A stretch of 64,000 nt of DNA from IMG/VR virus record IMGVR_UViG_3300036944_001243. One strand, written 5' to 3'. The DNA is from a virus. Lineage: Duplodnaviria > Heunggongvirae > Uroviricota > Caudoviricetes. A program made the translations under genes and the position numbers. The notes beneath the pieces were generated by a model. It saw only the letters and a program-made list of their open reading frames with translations. It was not told the origin of the DNA and ran no database searches. Positions 26,296-38,910 of the stretch are shown one piece after another; position 1 is the stretch's first letter, and every line of letters begins with the position of its first letter.

Positions 26296-26764
26296 AAATT
26301 TTAAATGTTGTTTCTTAGATGACATTCGATTTCCAAAAGACGCTTGGATTTATCCAAGAAGAGATGACAAAAAACAAATCATCTCGGGCCAATCACTTGA
26401 AAAAATCTCAGGCATTCCCAACGGTAATTGGGATATTGTTCGAACTTATGATCAATTTGTTGATTATATTGAGAAGAATGGCATTCCTGATGCGATCAGT
26501 TTTGATCACGATTTATCTGATGAAATGATTCGATATTACCATGTAGTAACAAGCAAAAGTGGTATAATTGATTACGATGATATGAATACCAAAAGTGGCA
26601 AACATTGCGCTAAATATTTGATTGACAAGTGGAACGAGTCTGGTAGGATCAAAACTCCAACCTGCTACGTCCACAGCGCAAACCAATGGGGAGCGAAAAA
26701 CATCAAAGAAGTCTTAAAGCAACTTTGGTTTGACGGAGAAGAAACACAATAAAACTACATTACT

Positions 26765-27304
26765 ATGATAAACAAAATCTTTTGGGACATTGACGAAACG
26801 CTGATCCATACACTTCTGCGCGATCCAAAACAGGATCATGTGCAGTTTTCTCTTGGTGATGGCTTCACATACCACACCATCATTCGCGCATGCAGTCATG
26901 CGCTGATTCGTTTCAGTCGTGAACTGGTTGGCAAGGAAAACGTGCATATTCTCACTACAGCGACCAGAGACTACGCTGAAAATGTCAATGCTCTAGCAGG
27001 TTGGGATTTTGATCCAAAGGACATCTTTGCGCGTGAAGATCAAGAGGCAGCGAGAGTTTGGGTGTCTACAGCGTATGGCGGCAGATACGGCATAACTACT
27101 CCACATGAATACGCCGATCCAAATAATGTTTTGATTGATAATCTTCCCCCGCGCCAAAATCAAGGAAAGGTGCAATTCATTGGTATTGATGATAACTACG
27201 AGACAAATTATCTCAAAATTCAAGATTACTATGGCGTCAATTTTCCCGAAGACACGTTTGAGGAGGATGTCAGAGAATTCCTGATCAAAAGACATAAAAG
27301 CTAA
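26765..27304 (+). CDS. HAD-superfamily (FCP1/NIF-like) phosphatase-like protein
   Basis: DxDxT motif FWDIDETLIH. Confidence 0.4.
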   Translation: MINKIFWDIDETLIHTLLRDPKQDHVQFSLGDGFTYHTIIRACSHALIRFSRELVGKENVHILTTATRDYAENVNALAGWDFDPKDIFAREDQEAARVWVSTAYGGRYGITTPHEYADPNNVLIDNLPPRQNQGKVQFIGIDDNYETNYLKIQDYYGVNFPEDTFEEDVREFLIKRHKS

Positions 27305-27518
27305 TAATTAATCAATTATGAAATTTTCTATTGAATCATACGCTGGTCGGCACAAAAGAATAAATGAATGGCACAAATTCTTTTGCTTATGGCCTCGGAT
27401 TGTAGAGACTGAAGATCCTCTGCGCGATTCTTTTGTATGGCTAACTACAATTGAAAGAAAATTCGATATTACAAATTATAACTGGACTTATCGTCTGATT
27501 AAAAAAGGTTAACATAAT

Positions 27519-27971
27519 ATGAAAAAACTAATGATGTTATTGATGATGATGATGATGATGGCTAATGCCTCAGAGATTGGCGTGGCGTCTCATTATTCAA
27601 CCAAAACAGGCACAAGGACAGCAAGCGGCGAACGTCTTGTTGATTCCAAACTCACAGCCGCACATAAAACTTTAAAGTTTGGAACTTTGGTCAAAGTCAC
27701 CAATTTAAAAAACAATAAAACAACTGTGGTCAAAATCACAGATCGCGGACCTTATATCAAAGGAAGAGTTTTGGATGTTTCTCAAGCTGCGGCAAAACAA
27801 TTAGGCTTTCATTCTCAGGGGGTAACAAAAGTTAAGATCGAAACTATTCGCCCCGAACCTGCAAAAAAGACATGCGCGAAGCAGCAATCTGCTGTTAATT
27901 GGCTAGTTGAATGTCCGCACAAGATCGCAGAGTATGTATCCTCAAAATTTAAACAAACATGGACACCCTAG
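27519..27971 (+). CDS. RlpA-like double-psi beta-barrel protein (lytic transglycosylase-like), secreted
   Basis: signal peptide + GVASHYSTKTGTRTASGERL...VVKITDRGPY. Confidence 0.6.
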   Translation: MKKLMMLLMMMMMMANASEIGVASHYSTKTGTRTASGERLVDSKLTAAHKTLKFGTLVKVTNLKNNKTTVVKITDRGPYIKGRVLDVSQAAAKQLGFHSQGVTKVKIETIRPEPAKKTCAKQQSAVNWLVECPHKIAEYVSSKFKQTWTP

Positions 27972-28951
27972 CAAAGCAACATCAGACTTTATTGGCAGAA
28001 AATCAAGCGCTAAAAGACGAAAACATTCTTCTCAAGCAAAAAATCGAAGCTTTGGAAAAACAAAAAGCTTTACAAAATCTTGAAGATGCGCTAAAAGAAC
28101 AGCAGGATAAGAAAAAGGGTCAAGTTTGGCCCTACAGCGATCCTCAAAAATGTGGCGGTTATCATCTATGTCCAAATTGCGGCTCATGGGTCATGAATGG
28201 AATGCGTTGCAGATGTTTTTATTTTTATAAAGATCAAGTCGCAAGACCCACGTATCCTCAAATCTACTGTTCTAACAAGTCCCAATGAAAAAAAAGAAAC
28301 AATACACTGGAGAAGTTCCTTTCGATTATTTCGGAGAGCTAGTTGATCGTGAATATAATTTTCATAGGTCTATTCAATTGACGCCTGATAATTTTGTCAA
28401 TGGACTGCTGCGCTTGAATCATTACGATCATACGCAATGTCGTTGGGTATTGAAAGATGTCACGAATCCTCCTGCGGATTTTGAAATCACTTATCTAGAT
28501 CCTTCCGATCCTCTCTATAAAACAAAAGGCGTAGTTGCTACAATTCCAACGACTCTAAGAATCCCCAATTATGAATTTGATGATAAGTTAGAATACCAGA
28601 CTTGCAATCGCGGCAGTTATTCTGTTGGGTTCTCATTCAAAAGCGTCAATACAAACAAAATTTATCCGATGTTTATGAAAGACTTTGATGAGATCGTTTC
28701 AAAAATGAACTGCGGCATTTTAGAGGGCAGGTTTACGTTTTGTAAACGGGGTCCGTCTTATGCTATTGTAATGATTTAAAATTGAAAAACATAAAAAGAA
28801 TTTGGAGAATTTGGGCAAAGGCGATGGGTCCAAAAGTAACTGATCATGATGGAGAAGCAGACATTGCGGCAATCATACGAACTGTGTTCTGGTTGATCAA
28901 CCTCATTACCTGCTTCTTCATTATCGCTAACACAATAAGACACTGGTAAAC

Positions 28952-29362
28952 ATGAATACGAAACAAGTAATTGCCATCCGTAAGGATCTTAAAATGAGGA
29001 CGGGTAAAGCTTGCGCACAAGCTAGTCACGCCAGCATGGCATTCCTCACAAAAGGAATGTATTGGGCATCTGTGAATGATGGGTTTGAATTTTCCACGGA
29101 GACAATTTACGATTGGCGAGAAGTAGAAGAAATAAATCACTGGCTTAACCATTCATTTCGTAAAATTTGTGTCTATGTGAACAGCGAAGAAGAACTTCGT
29201 GAATTACATCAGAAGGCACTTGACAATGGTTTGATCTCTCATATGATTGAGGACAACGGAGCAACCGAATTCAATGGGGTTAAGACCCTAACCGCTCTCG
29301 CAATTGGACCTCATATTGAGAGTAAGTTTGAAGGGATTACTGACCATCTTCCATTACTATGA
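28952..29362 (+). CDS. peptidyl-tRNA hydrolase PTH2-family-like protein
   Basis: KQVIAIRKDLKMRTGKACAQASHASMAF resembles Pth2 active-site region. Confidence 0.45.
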   Translation: MNTKQVIAIRKDLKMRTGKACAQASHASMAFLTKGMYWASVNDGFEFSTETIYDWREVEEINHWLNHSFRKICVYVNSEEELRELHQKALDNGLISHMIEDNGATEFNGVKTLTALAIGPHIESKFEGITDHLPLL

Positions 29363-30759
29363 AATATTCATTAGAACAAAAAATGGCGGGACAAGACCTA
29401 CACGGGCTATCATGCCGAGTTCCTAAACCTACAACTGAGCAAGAACGATGTTCACATTCTAAAATGGAAGAATTTGATCATGGATTTGAAAACTGGATGA
29501 CAGGTGAATGGGTGAGCGACATTCAAAGAGTTGAGGTTGACACCTATGAAGATATTAAAGGAACAAATAATTTTCGCTGCACTCAATGCGGCTATACTAG
29601 AAGATACTAATTCCCGTGAAGGGATCACTGATAAACTACCATTACTATGAACGAGGAAGAACAAAGCAAAGAAATTATCAAAGCTATCGATGATGCTCTT
29701 CTTGGTAAAAAGTCCGAAAGAATTCGCATCGAGATTCCTAAAAAGTTCAAAGTCACTTTTAGTGTTGCTCATCGTGACACTTGGGCGAATGAAGATATTG
29801 TAGAAGTTCTTTCAGAATTGATCCAACTACTGAAAGCTCCAGTTGAAGAAGACCCTGAAATTTTTTAAGCATGAAAACCCCACGTAAAATAACTGCTCCA
29901 CCAAAAGACGCTCGAAAAGAACTCTATTTCGAGATCGAGAATGATTGTGTTCGTGACTGGCATGATGGTGAAAAATATGGCTCTTGGGAAAGAAAATATG
30001 ATTCTTCTCTAAAAAAGATCTCACGTAATAAAGATTTACTTAGCAAGTGGAATTTCGAAGCTCATCGGGTTAATGATGAAGTTTACGATGCGCAGAACCT
30101 CTATGCTGTTGTTGTTACTTACAATAGCGGAAATACATTTGGAACTTCTGTAGGCAATCTGGCACTTGCTTTTGTCACCGAAAATGCAGATGAAGCGATT
30201 GAAGCAAAAGATGCAATTCTTGAGCAAGAACAGTATGAATATGAAAGCAAGTATTCTTTCAGAGAAAAGACTGGAAAGAAACCTAAGTGGGACGAATCTT
30301 TTAGAGATCATCCAAAAAGCACAGGACGTTCACCTTGGAATGGTTATTTCGAACGAGTAACATCTGTGGATATTGCATTCTTACCAGTAATGTGATAATT
30401 TATGATACGATTAATTAAATTTTTATTCACAGGCTCTTGGCATGAACACAAGTGGGAGACTATTAAAGTGCGAACTGTCGAAAGCGATTGTGGTGCTAGA
30501 TGGTTCGTCTATGAATGTAAATGCGAAACCTGCGGCAAAATAAAAGGATTCAAACCATGATCGACTTCCTCACACACTCATACACAATAACAATGCCACT
30601 ATGGGGCTGGGCGCTGTCAGCATTGGCGGTTTCAGCGGCATTGATTGTCGGGACTTTTTTGTTTGTTTTGGTAAAATTTATTTCGGGATTCAGGTTTTAA
30701 TGATTTAAAATTTTTCTCTGATTTTTTTTCTTGCACTGCCGAAAATCTTGTGGTAGAAT

Positions 30760-31248
30760 GTGTCCACGATGAAAGTCAAACGCAACTCACTTCACGCTAG
30801 GTTCTACAAGTTCATGTATTGCACCAATACATTGCCTCCGAATCTTTGCCCTTATTTCTGGAAACTGGTGCTGGCGATTGTTACGCTTCCGATTACTGTT
30901 TTTTCTTTTCCTTTTACAAATAATCGTAGCTTTGGGGACCGATTTGGTAATTTCTTTGCTATTGTTTTTTGTGAACTTTTCACCGCTGCTGTTGGTTTAT
31001 TGGTATCATCGTTGTTTGGATGGGTTGATCCAAACGGACCAGTCAATCTCAAAAATCTCGGCATTGCTAATGTAGTTGGTCTTTCTGTTTTTGCGATTGT
31101 TGCGGTAGTGGGTTATATCGGACATCTGATTTCTTCCAAGAAAGAAAATAGCAAATCTATTGTAAAGGAAAAGAAACCAAGTATCATCATCGAATACATC
31201 AAGGCTAAAAAGAACAAGCATTGCCCGATGATTGAATGGGAAGACTGA
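30760..31248 (+). CDS. membrane protein
   Basis: multiple hydrophobic helices. Confidence 0.35.
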   Translation: MSTMKVKRNSLHARFYKFMYCTNTLPPNLCPYFWKLVLAIVTLPITVFSFPFTNNRSFGDRFGNFFAIVFCELFTAAVGLLVSSLFGWVDPNGPVNLKNLGIANVVGLSVFAIVAVVGYIGHLISSKKENSKSIVKEKKPSIIIEYIKAKKNKHCPMIEWED

Positions 31249-31391
31249 AGCGCTACTCTAAAATACGAACATCATGAACATTATTCAAGTCGTATTTGCC
31301 ATCCTATTGCTAGCTATAGTGATATACAATATTCGCGACTCCATTATTTGATAATTCTTACAAAAACATCTCACAATAAAAAGACAAAAAA

Positions 31392-32624
31392 ATGAAAAAC
31401 ACGCTGAAACTAATCGTAATCGCGCTCATTTGGTTCCTTGGATCGATGCTATTTGGCATCTACGGTGGAACTGGAGCTTCAACAGTCGTCAATAACCAAT
31501 TGGCCGTTGACACTGTAAATGGTGGAAATGCAGAATTTATTCTACAGCATTCCTCGGGATTTTTTGCTCGTAACTTGCAAACTATCTGGACTCTAATCGC
31601 ATCTTTGGCAATCTTCTATGTTCTGCGCGGAATGTTCTCTCGCAAGAATGTGTTACCACTTGTTGCATTGGCAGTTTTTCCATTCCTTAACTCATGTAAG
31701 CCTTATCAAAAGCCTGTTTATAAGGAAATCAGCAACAATGAAACAGCGTTTGTGATTCCTCTTGAGGGTGACGTTGGAGGTCAAGCTAAGTTTGGCTCAA
31801 AAGAACAGTTGGAAAAGCATAAGGTCGCAACTAAACGTATTGAAATTCCTACTCGTTGGAACCAAACTGGTCGTCATGCAGAAAACGGCGAATACATTCC
31901 AACTGTTACGGTCATTGTCGTAGATCGCAGTCCAATTACTCGAAATTGGGAAGCAGCCAACAAGGGCAAAGACAACGCCATTTGGGTAGAATCTTCTGAC
32001 AGTGTTGGATTTTCAATGGGTTTTAATTGCACCGCATTCATCAAAGAGGAAGATACCGCAACATTCTTGTATTGGTATAGCTCTGGCGGTCTTTCGGGTG
32101 TAATGGACACTGAAATTCGTGGTCGTATTCAGCAAGTTGCGGCAGAAGAAAGCGCTAAATTCCCATTGGATGAACTGCGCGACAAGAAAAATGAAATTGC
32201 TTCATCTGTTCGTGGCGATATTATCCCATTCTTCGCTGAACGAGGTATTACCATCACAACTGTTGGAATGTTCGGTGGTATGACTTACGAAAATCCTGAG
32301 ATTCAGAAGTCAATCGACGGTGTTTTTGTCGCACAGCAGCAAAAGAATGTTGCTCTTGCAAAATACGAAGCGCAGAAGAAAGAAAACGAACGTGTGGTTC
32401 TTGAAGCTGAAGGTGTCGCCAAGCAGCGCCAAATTCAAGCCGAAGCAGAAGCCAAGGCAATCACTTCTCTGACTCAGGCTGTGGCTCAAGGCGGCGAAAA
32501 TTACCTGCAACTCAAGTCTCTTGAAGTTCAAGGAAAGCAAATCGAAAAGTGGGACGGTAAACTTCCAACTGTCACAAGTGGCGCAATGCCTCTCCTTGAC
32601 ACTACAAAGTTCATCGGCAAGTAA
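31392..32624 (+). CDS. SPFH/band-7 (prohibitin/flotillin-like) membrane protein
   Basis: N-terminal TM, C-terminal coiled coil ...AEGVAKQRQIQAEAEAKAI... Confidence 0.6.
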   Translation: MKNTLKLIVIALIWFLGSMLFGIYGGTGASTVVNNQLAVDTVNGGNAEFILQHSSGFFARNLQTIWTLIASLAIFYVLRGMFSRKNVLPLVALAVFPFLNSCKPYQKPVYKEISNNETAFVIPLEGDVGGQAKFGSKEQLEKHKVATKRIEIPTRWNQTGRHAENGEYIPTVTVIVVDRSPITRNWEAANKGKDNAIWVESSDSVGFSMGFNCTAFIKEEDTATFLYWYSSGGLSGVMDTEIRGRIQQVAAEESAKFPLDELRDKKNEIASSVRGDIIPFFAERGITITTVGMFGGMTYENPEIQKSIDGVFVAQQQKNVALAKYEAQKKENERVVLEAEGVAKQRQIQAEAEAKAITSLTQAVAQGGENYLQLKSLEVQGKQIEKWDGKLPTVTSGAMPLLDTTKFIGK

Positions 32625-33011
32625 GAATCGGATTGACAAAACATGGATCGGGTGGTATAATTCTGCCCGATCCAAATTTTTTATAAACATGCAACGCTAT
32701 CGACTCACAAAAACAAATTCAGTTCCTGAACCACGGGTAGCAACCGCTGAAACCGTCGAAGAGTATCGCGAAAAGATCTTTTCAAAATACTCTCTTTCCC
32801 CACCTGTTGATTATTACGTAGAAGGTTCCCCCATCACTGCGCCAAAAGTTGGCGAATCTTTTGTGATGGCCCGAGATAATCGCAATGGAGTTCGTGTTGG
32901 AGGCATCATGACCACTACGACAGTCACTTCAATCGAGGATTTTGAGGACTTTTTGGTCTTCACTACGCGCAATAGCGTTTACAAACTTGAATTGACACAC
33001 TAATTTTTAAA

Positions 33012-33722
33012 ATGAGAAAAAATACAAATAACTCAATTTACCCAGCAATAATTAAAGACGCTATTTTAATCATTGGAGATATTCATGGAGCATTTAATCG
33101 TTTAAAAGATCTTGTCTGGAAACAGCAAATTGAAAACTGTTGTTTAATTTGCGTCGGAGACTTGGGCATTGGCTTTAAACATCCAAATACAGAGCAGCAA
33201 AATTTTAAAGATTTAAATGATTTTTTCGCCAAAAGATCTATTGTATTTTTGAGTATTGCTGGCAATCACGATGATCCTTCATATTTTAATGGTTCAGTTA
33301 ATTTGAATAATTTCAAATTATTGCCAGATTATACTCGTATTCTTATCAACGGCGAAGAGTTCCTGTTTGTTGGTGGCGCGGTGTCTATCGACCGTCAGTA
33401 TCGAGTTGTTGGTCACTCTTATTGGGAAGATGAACTCTTTGTTCTAAAGCCCGAACTCGCAGGAAAATGCGATGTTCTTGTAACTCACTCTGCGCCTTAT
33501 TGGGTTGGGCCATTCGACAAAGAAGGTCTTGCTGCTTGGTGCGAAAAAGATCCTACTCTTTGGGACCAATGCTACAAAGAAAGAATGAATCACGACGAAT
33601 TGATCAAACTTTGCCAGCCTCGAAAGTCATACCATGGTCATTTTCATAGCAGTCATTGGGTTGATTTCAGAGATTGCAGTGCTACAATTTTGAGTATCGA
33701 AGAAATTAAAGAACACCGATAA
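33012..33722 (+). CDS. calcineurin-like metallophosphoesterase
   Basis: IIGDIHG...GDLG...GNHD motifs. Confidence 0.6.
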   Translation: MRKNTNNSIYPAIIKDAILIIGDIHGAFNRLKDLVWKQQIENCCLICVGDLGIGFKHPNTEQQNFKDLNDFFAKRSIVFLSIAGNHDDPSYFNGSVNLNNFKLLPDYTRILINGEEFLFVGGAVSIDRQYRVVGHSYWEDELFVLKPELAGKCDVLVTHSAPYWVGPFDKEGLAAWCEKDPTLWDQCYKERMNHDELIKLCQPRKSYHGHFHSSHWVDFRDCSATILSIEEIKEHR

Positions 33723-34532
33723 ATGATCAAACAAGTTCCATTTGATGTTTATCTAGCAGCAACAAAAGCTGATGAGAATGGCGAGCCTCTCGATGCGCAA
33801 TTTGTCGAAACAATCATGATTTATGTTTACGATAATGGACAGCATCAGTTTCTTACCACAGAAGCTCACATAGAAATTGATGCTTGTAAAATCAAAGCTC
33901 TTTATAAAAGAGGAACTAAAGAAGATCTTGACACAATCAAAAATCTAATCGAATATAAACTCCAAAGAATATGAATGCATCAATGCGCATCTACGATAAA
34001 GAAAACGACCGTCTTTACAAAAAAGTTGGCAAGAAATACGTGCCTTGCAATGATCCTTATGCTTTAGATGGTCTGCGAGAAGGATGGTGGCTTGTCAAGG
34101 TTGGCGAAGGCTTTAAGAGCATGCGTGCGTGCGTATATCCTGCCAAGGCAGAGCTTCAAGCAGCCATCAAAGACAAGGAAGACAAGATCGTTGACATCAT
34201 TCGCGAATGCACCAATGCACGCCCAAAAGAAGGCGTTCCACTGAGCGATCAAGCCATCAAAGATTGGCAGTGGTTCATTGATAAACATGGAAAAGAATTC
34301 AATACTCTTTATTATCCATCGTTTGCAGAAGCCGCCGAAAAGATTGTAAAAGCTCTAACTGAAAAATGAAAAGTGAATACGAGAAACTAATCTCTCATTT
34401 GGACGAAATACTTCGCTTGTTTTCTCAAGAATTGAAACAAGCTTCTTTTAAAAACAAAAATAAATGGATGGTCAAAATCGACAGCGCTCTTGATGACCGT
34501 CTGCGTTTAATGAAAATCAAAGATTCTTTTTA

Positions 34533-35198
34533 ATGAAAAACACTGTAGAATTACTAGGTTATTATGGAAGCGATAAAATTATCGCTTGTTCAGCTTGGAC
34601 CAGCACCTCGCGCAATCTAAGCGAAGAAAAAAAAGAGCGTATTCCCAAATTGATTAATATGCTCTGGAGCGAAGGACACCACACTCCGTTCGAAAAAGGA
34701 ATGGTGCATTTCATTGTCGATACTGAAATCGCTAGTCATATTCACCTCCTAAAACATAGACTCTCAAGCATGAACGCTGAGAGCGCCCGATACAAGGAAC
34801 TCAAGGAAGATAAGTTTTTTATCCCTGAAGACTGGAAGGGCATTCAGGCCAATACAAAAGCATTGGTTATTGAAGATGGGGAAGAACATGATTGGTATGA
34901 TATATTGGAACAATACACTAAGATTGGAAATGCTCTTTATCATGATGCTTTGAAAGATCTTACAGAAGCACTTGGCCGTAAACGTGCCAAAGAAAGCGCC
35001 CGATTCTTCAAGACTTATAATTCCCAAATTCAGGGTGATGTAATGTTTAACATGCGTTCGTTTGCCAATTTCTTGAAGCTCAGAAATAGCGAACACGCTC
35101 AAAAAGAAATCCGAGAAATCGCGGCTGAAATGCTTGACTTGGTAAAGAATATCGAAGGTAATCCTTTCGAACATACAATCAAAGCTTGGGGTTATTGA
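34533..35198 (+). CDS. thyX: FAD-dependent thymidylate synthase ThyX
   Basis: ThyX signature RHR...S present as KHRLSSMNAES. Confidence 0.7.
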   Translation: MKNTVELLGYYGSDKIIACSAWTSTSRNLSEEKKERIPKLINMLWSEGHHTPFEKGMVHFIVDTEIASHIHLLKHRLSSMNAESARYKELKEDKFFIPEDWKGIQANTKALVIEDGEEHDWYDILEQYTKIGNALYHDALKDLTEALGRKRAKESARFFKTYNSQIQGDVMFNMRSFANFLKLRNSEHAQKEIREIAAEMLDLVKNIEGNPFEHTIKAWGY

Positions 35199-35424
35199 AT
35201 CATGAATAAGTTAGAAGCAATTCGTTTGCTGCAATTAAATGGTATTGAAGTTTCTCATGAGTCTGAGATTCTCTATCCTAAACGAGATCAATTCGATGAT
35301 GAAGTCCATGAGGCGATTGAGTTTCTGATGGAAGAATGGGATTTTGGTTTTAAATACATTTAAAAATGATGCGGCGATGGATTTTCCTGTTGACAAGCGC
35401 TAAAATTGCCACTATGGTTGACGC

Positions 35425-36333
35425 ATGAACATCGGCCTCGTCTGCATCAGCGAAATCCTCAAAGAGCAAAACAAGCAAAACGCTTTTCAAACGATGACTC
35501 GCTCTCGTTTCAATGCGCTGCCGCGCACTGACGCGATTGCTCAGTTGTCGAGTCGAATTCGTCACAACGCTTCTCTTTGCGTCAAGATCATCCAGCACTG
35601 TGCTTCGATTGGCATCAAGCATTACCGCATTTCCAGCAGCTTGTTTCCACTCATTACAGACGAAACATTAGGCTTGTGTTATTCTGATTTGCCTGATTGG
35701 CAAAGTATTCAACAGATTCTTCTTCAGGCTGGCGATACTGCTCGACGCCTTGGCATCACGTTGTCTTCTCACCCTGATCAGTTCAATGTTCTGCCATCGC
35801 TCAATCAAGATACTGTTCGCCGCACGATTAGAGAACTAAATCATCAGGCATTTGTTCTTGATTTGTTTGGTTGCCCGCAAGATTATTCTGCGCCAATGTG
35901 TTTGCATCTTAATCTATCGTTTGATAGCAACAAAGAAAGTATCCTACAATACATGTCTCGTTTCAGCAGAGCTTTTAATAGTTGCGATTCTGGTGTTCGT
36001 CAACGTTTGGTTCTAGAAAACGAAGACAAAGGTTTCTGGAATTGCGAGAACCTCTACAAATACTTCAAACCTTTTCCACTTGTTTTCGACAATCTCCACG
36101 ATCAGTGCAATCGTTCGTCGGTCTGTCATTTTAATCTTTTTAAAAGCACATGGGGCAATTTCACGCCAGTAATGCACTGGAGCGAAGGCACTGCCGACAA
36201 GCCTCGCAGCCATGCAGATTTCGCATCTCACTTGCCGCTAATCGTGCAAAACAATTTGGACTGTGTGTGGGAATTCGAACTCAAGGGTAAAGACCATGCA
36301 ATCGTCAAAGTTCTGAAAAATCAATACGTTTGA
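35425..36333 (+). CDS. uvdE: UV damage endonuclease UvdE-like
   Basis: HYRISSSLFPL matches UvdE YRFSSSIVPLATH region. Confidence 0.6.
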   Translation: MNIGLVCISEILKEQNKQNAFQTMTRSRFNALPRTDAIAQLSSRIRHNASLCVKIIQHCASIGIKHYRISSSLFPLITDETLGLCYSDLPDWQSIQQILLQAGDTARRLGITLSSHPDQFNVLPSLNQDTVRRTIRELNHQAFVLDLFGCPQDYSAPMCLHLNLSFDSNKESILQYMSRFSRAFNSCDSGVRQRLVLENEDKGFWNCENLYKYFKPFPLVFDNLHDQCNRSSVCHFNLFKSTWGNFTPVMHWSEGTADKPRSHADFASHLPLIVQNNLDCVWEFELKGKDHAIVKVLKNQYV

Positions 36334-37596
36334 TCTTGACAAAATCCTCAATTCAAAATAAGCTACGAACATGAATATCAATTCAACTCCTATTAATGCT
36401 GAAGAGCAAGAAAAAGCTGCCAAAAAACCAATTGAATTCTTTACTTACGTAGATACTTATAGCGGATTGGGTCTTGACATCGGTAAAAAACCCTCCCTTC
36501 AAGCAAAACATTTTAAAAATGCGCGTCTTATAGCAAAAGGACTTCACGATGAATACGATGTGATTGCAGTATGGGACGAGGAAGTTGTTTTTATCTATCT
36601 CGGATATTGGAATGATGGAATTATCGAATAAATATGACATTGCCAACCGTTCGCCTTGTGTGTCTTAGTAAAAATCCAAATTGGGTTTTTGATAAAGACC
36701 TTCCTTATGAAGATAGAATGCGTGATTATCATGTCAGGCATGAAACCGAAGCAGAAATTTTGACACTACATCTTCAAAAAAATAAAATGCGAATTCGTTA
36801 TCGCGATGCTTGCGGCAAAGTGCAAACTCAGGATATTGATGCATCCAGTTTTTTCCAAAAATACGAAATTGCCCAAAAATATTAACGGGTCCAAAGTTCA
36901 AATTTAAACTAATAAAAAAATGGAAGATATTTTCGGCAGAAAACTAGCTATTGGAGACGTTGTTGCTTGTCGCAGATCAGGCAGCAGAAGCATGATCATC
37001 GGAGAAATCACTTCATTCGGTAAAAAGCAAGTAACGGTCAGCTGCAAACACAGGAATACTGTGGATAAAGTCTACCACTATCCAAGCGACGTTTGCAAAG
37101 CAGAAGGCTCAGTGGCAAAAGAGAAGATTAAAACCCTAATTGAAAAATATCAGGGCAAAATCGAAGAATTTAAAACCAGTAAATATTGGACAGACGGCGA
37201 ATACATCCGCGCCGAAGCACGCCGCGACCTGCTGCAAGACGAAATCATTCCTGATCTTGGATGGATCTAAAAAATTCTTGACTAAAACAACAACATAGTA
37301 GAAACTACGAACATGACCAACATCCTCAAAAACTACATTCGTGACCAGCGCAACAATCCAGTCGGAGTCGTCGTGGTTGTCAAAGAAAACGGAAATTATC
37401 GTTTCGGTTATTCTCTTTGTGCGCCACAGGATCGCTTCGATAAGGAAACTGGCACCAAGATCGCAATCTATCGCGCTCAGGCCAAGGAACTTGGCATCGA
37501 CCAAGCTCTCGCGCCACTGGTTCCAGATCGCCGCGAAGTCGTGCTGAATGGCTATCTGAACCTCGAAAAGCGTGCCTCTAAGTATTTTAAGAACTG

Positions 37597-38109
37597 ATGA
37601 AACAAATCGACGGAGACATCTTCTTGGGAGAATGGAATGGCATGGTTCACTGTGCCAATCTGTATCATACCATGGGCGGCGGTATCGCACGAATCATTCA
37701 TCGCGATTATCCAGAAGCATACGAGGCAGACCGAAAAACTCAGCGTTCTGACATTTCTAAATTAGGACATTTCTCTTACGCAAAAATTGTTCGGAGTGCT
37801 GTTTCATTAACTTCTAAATGCCGTATTTTTGAGATTTTTAATCTGTATGGTCAGTTGGGAATGGGTAGCGATGGTAATTCAATGAATCGAAATGCTCGAT
37901 ACGATGCGATTCATGATGGTGTATGGAGAATTTGTGAGTTTCTGCTTGCATTGTATCCAAATGAGAAATACACTCTGGCATTCCCTTACAAGATGGCGAG
38001 TGATTTGGCTGGCGGCGATTTTAAAATTGTATCCGCAATTCTAGAAAGCGTAGAATCTCATTTTCCAAGTATTGAGTTCCATATCTATAAATTAAATAAT
38101 TCGAAATGA
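37597..38109 (+). CDS. macro-domain (ADP-ribose binding/processing) protein
   Basis: GDIFLGEWNGMVHCANLYHTMGGGIARII macro-domain core. Confidence 0.55.
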   Translation: MKQIDGDIFLGEWNGMVHCANLYHTMGGGIARIIHRDYPEAYEADRKTQRSDISKLGHFSYAKIVRSAVSLTSKCRIFEIFNLYGQLGMGSDGNSMNRNARYDAIHDGVWRICEFLLALYPNEKYTLAFPYKMASDLAGGDFKIVSAILESVESHFPSIEFHIYKLNNSK

Positions 38110-38910
38110 ATAACCTTTATAGACACTTCCTTTTTGAAGTGCTAATCCAGCATTCGAAGCATAAAGACCATTTTCTCTGCAAAATTTAGCTAAATTTTTA
38201 ATTATGACTATCTCTCCCGATGGAAAAGTAACTTCATAATTTTTAGCTCTTCTTTCATTTGCTTTTTGATTTTGAGAAAAAGTTTCGCTCATTTTTCGAC
38301 CTTTAAGTTTTTTGCTTATTTTAATTTTAGATTCTTCTGAATGTTTATGACCAAAAAACGGATTTCCTTGTCCTTGAAATTTTTCAGAACACACTTCCGC
38401 TGCTCGTTTTAATACATGCTGTGGTAATGATTTACCATACCAAAAATTATTCTGGCCTGTTCTTTTAGAAGCTGCATTAGAGATTTTCTGTTTTGTTTCT
38501 GGCGAATGAGTTTTCCCTAATGTATTACCAGCCGTATGACAGCAATTGTATTTATATTTTAATTTATCCATCCAAAATTGCTCTCTTGTAATTAAAGTTT
38601 CTAATGAGGTTTTTTCTAACAAAGAAAACTTAAATGCTTTTTCACCGTATTTATTCCAAGCTCTTTGTAAAAAGACGCAATGATGAATATTTTTTCGCAA
38701 AGATAATTTATGTTGTCTAAATCTGTTAAAAATATTAACAGATGATCCCACATAAACACATTTCGAAATACGATTAAAAATTAAATAAATTCCAGTCACA
38801 CCATATCTTACACTAAACAGGTGGATTATGGAAAATAGTATTTGACTTTGATCTGAATTTCTGCCATTCTCCAAAGTGTCGAAAGTCACTTTCCCAACAT
38901 TGAATTCCAC
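38092..38910 (-). CDS. GIY-YIG homing endonuclease
   Basis: GIYLIFNRISKCVYVGSSVNIFNRFRQHK. Confidence 0.75.
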   Translation of the reverse strand: MEFNVGKVTFDTLENGRNSDQSQILFSIIHLFSVRYGVTGIYLIFNRISKCVYVGSSVNIFNRFRQHKLSLRKNIHHCVFLQRAWNKYGEKAFKFSLLEKTSLETLITREQFWMDKLKYKYNCCHTAGNTLGKTHSPETKQKISNAASKRTGQNNFWYGKSLPQHVLKRAAEVCSEKFQGQGNPFFGHKHSEESKIKISKKLKGRKMSETFSQNQKANERRAKNYEVTFPSGEIVIIKNLAKFCRENGLYASNAGLALQKGSVYKGYSFRII

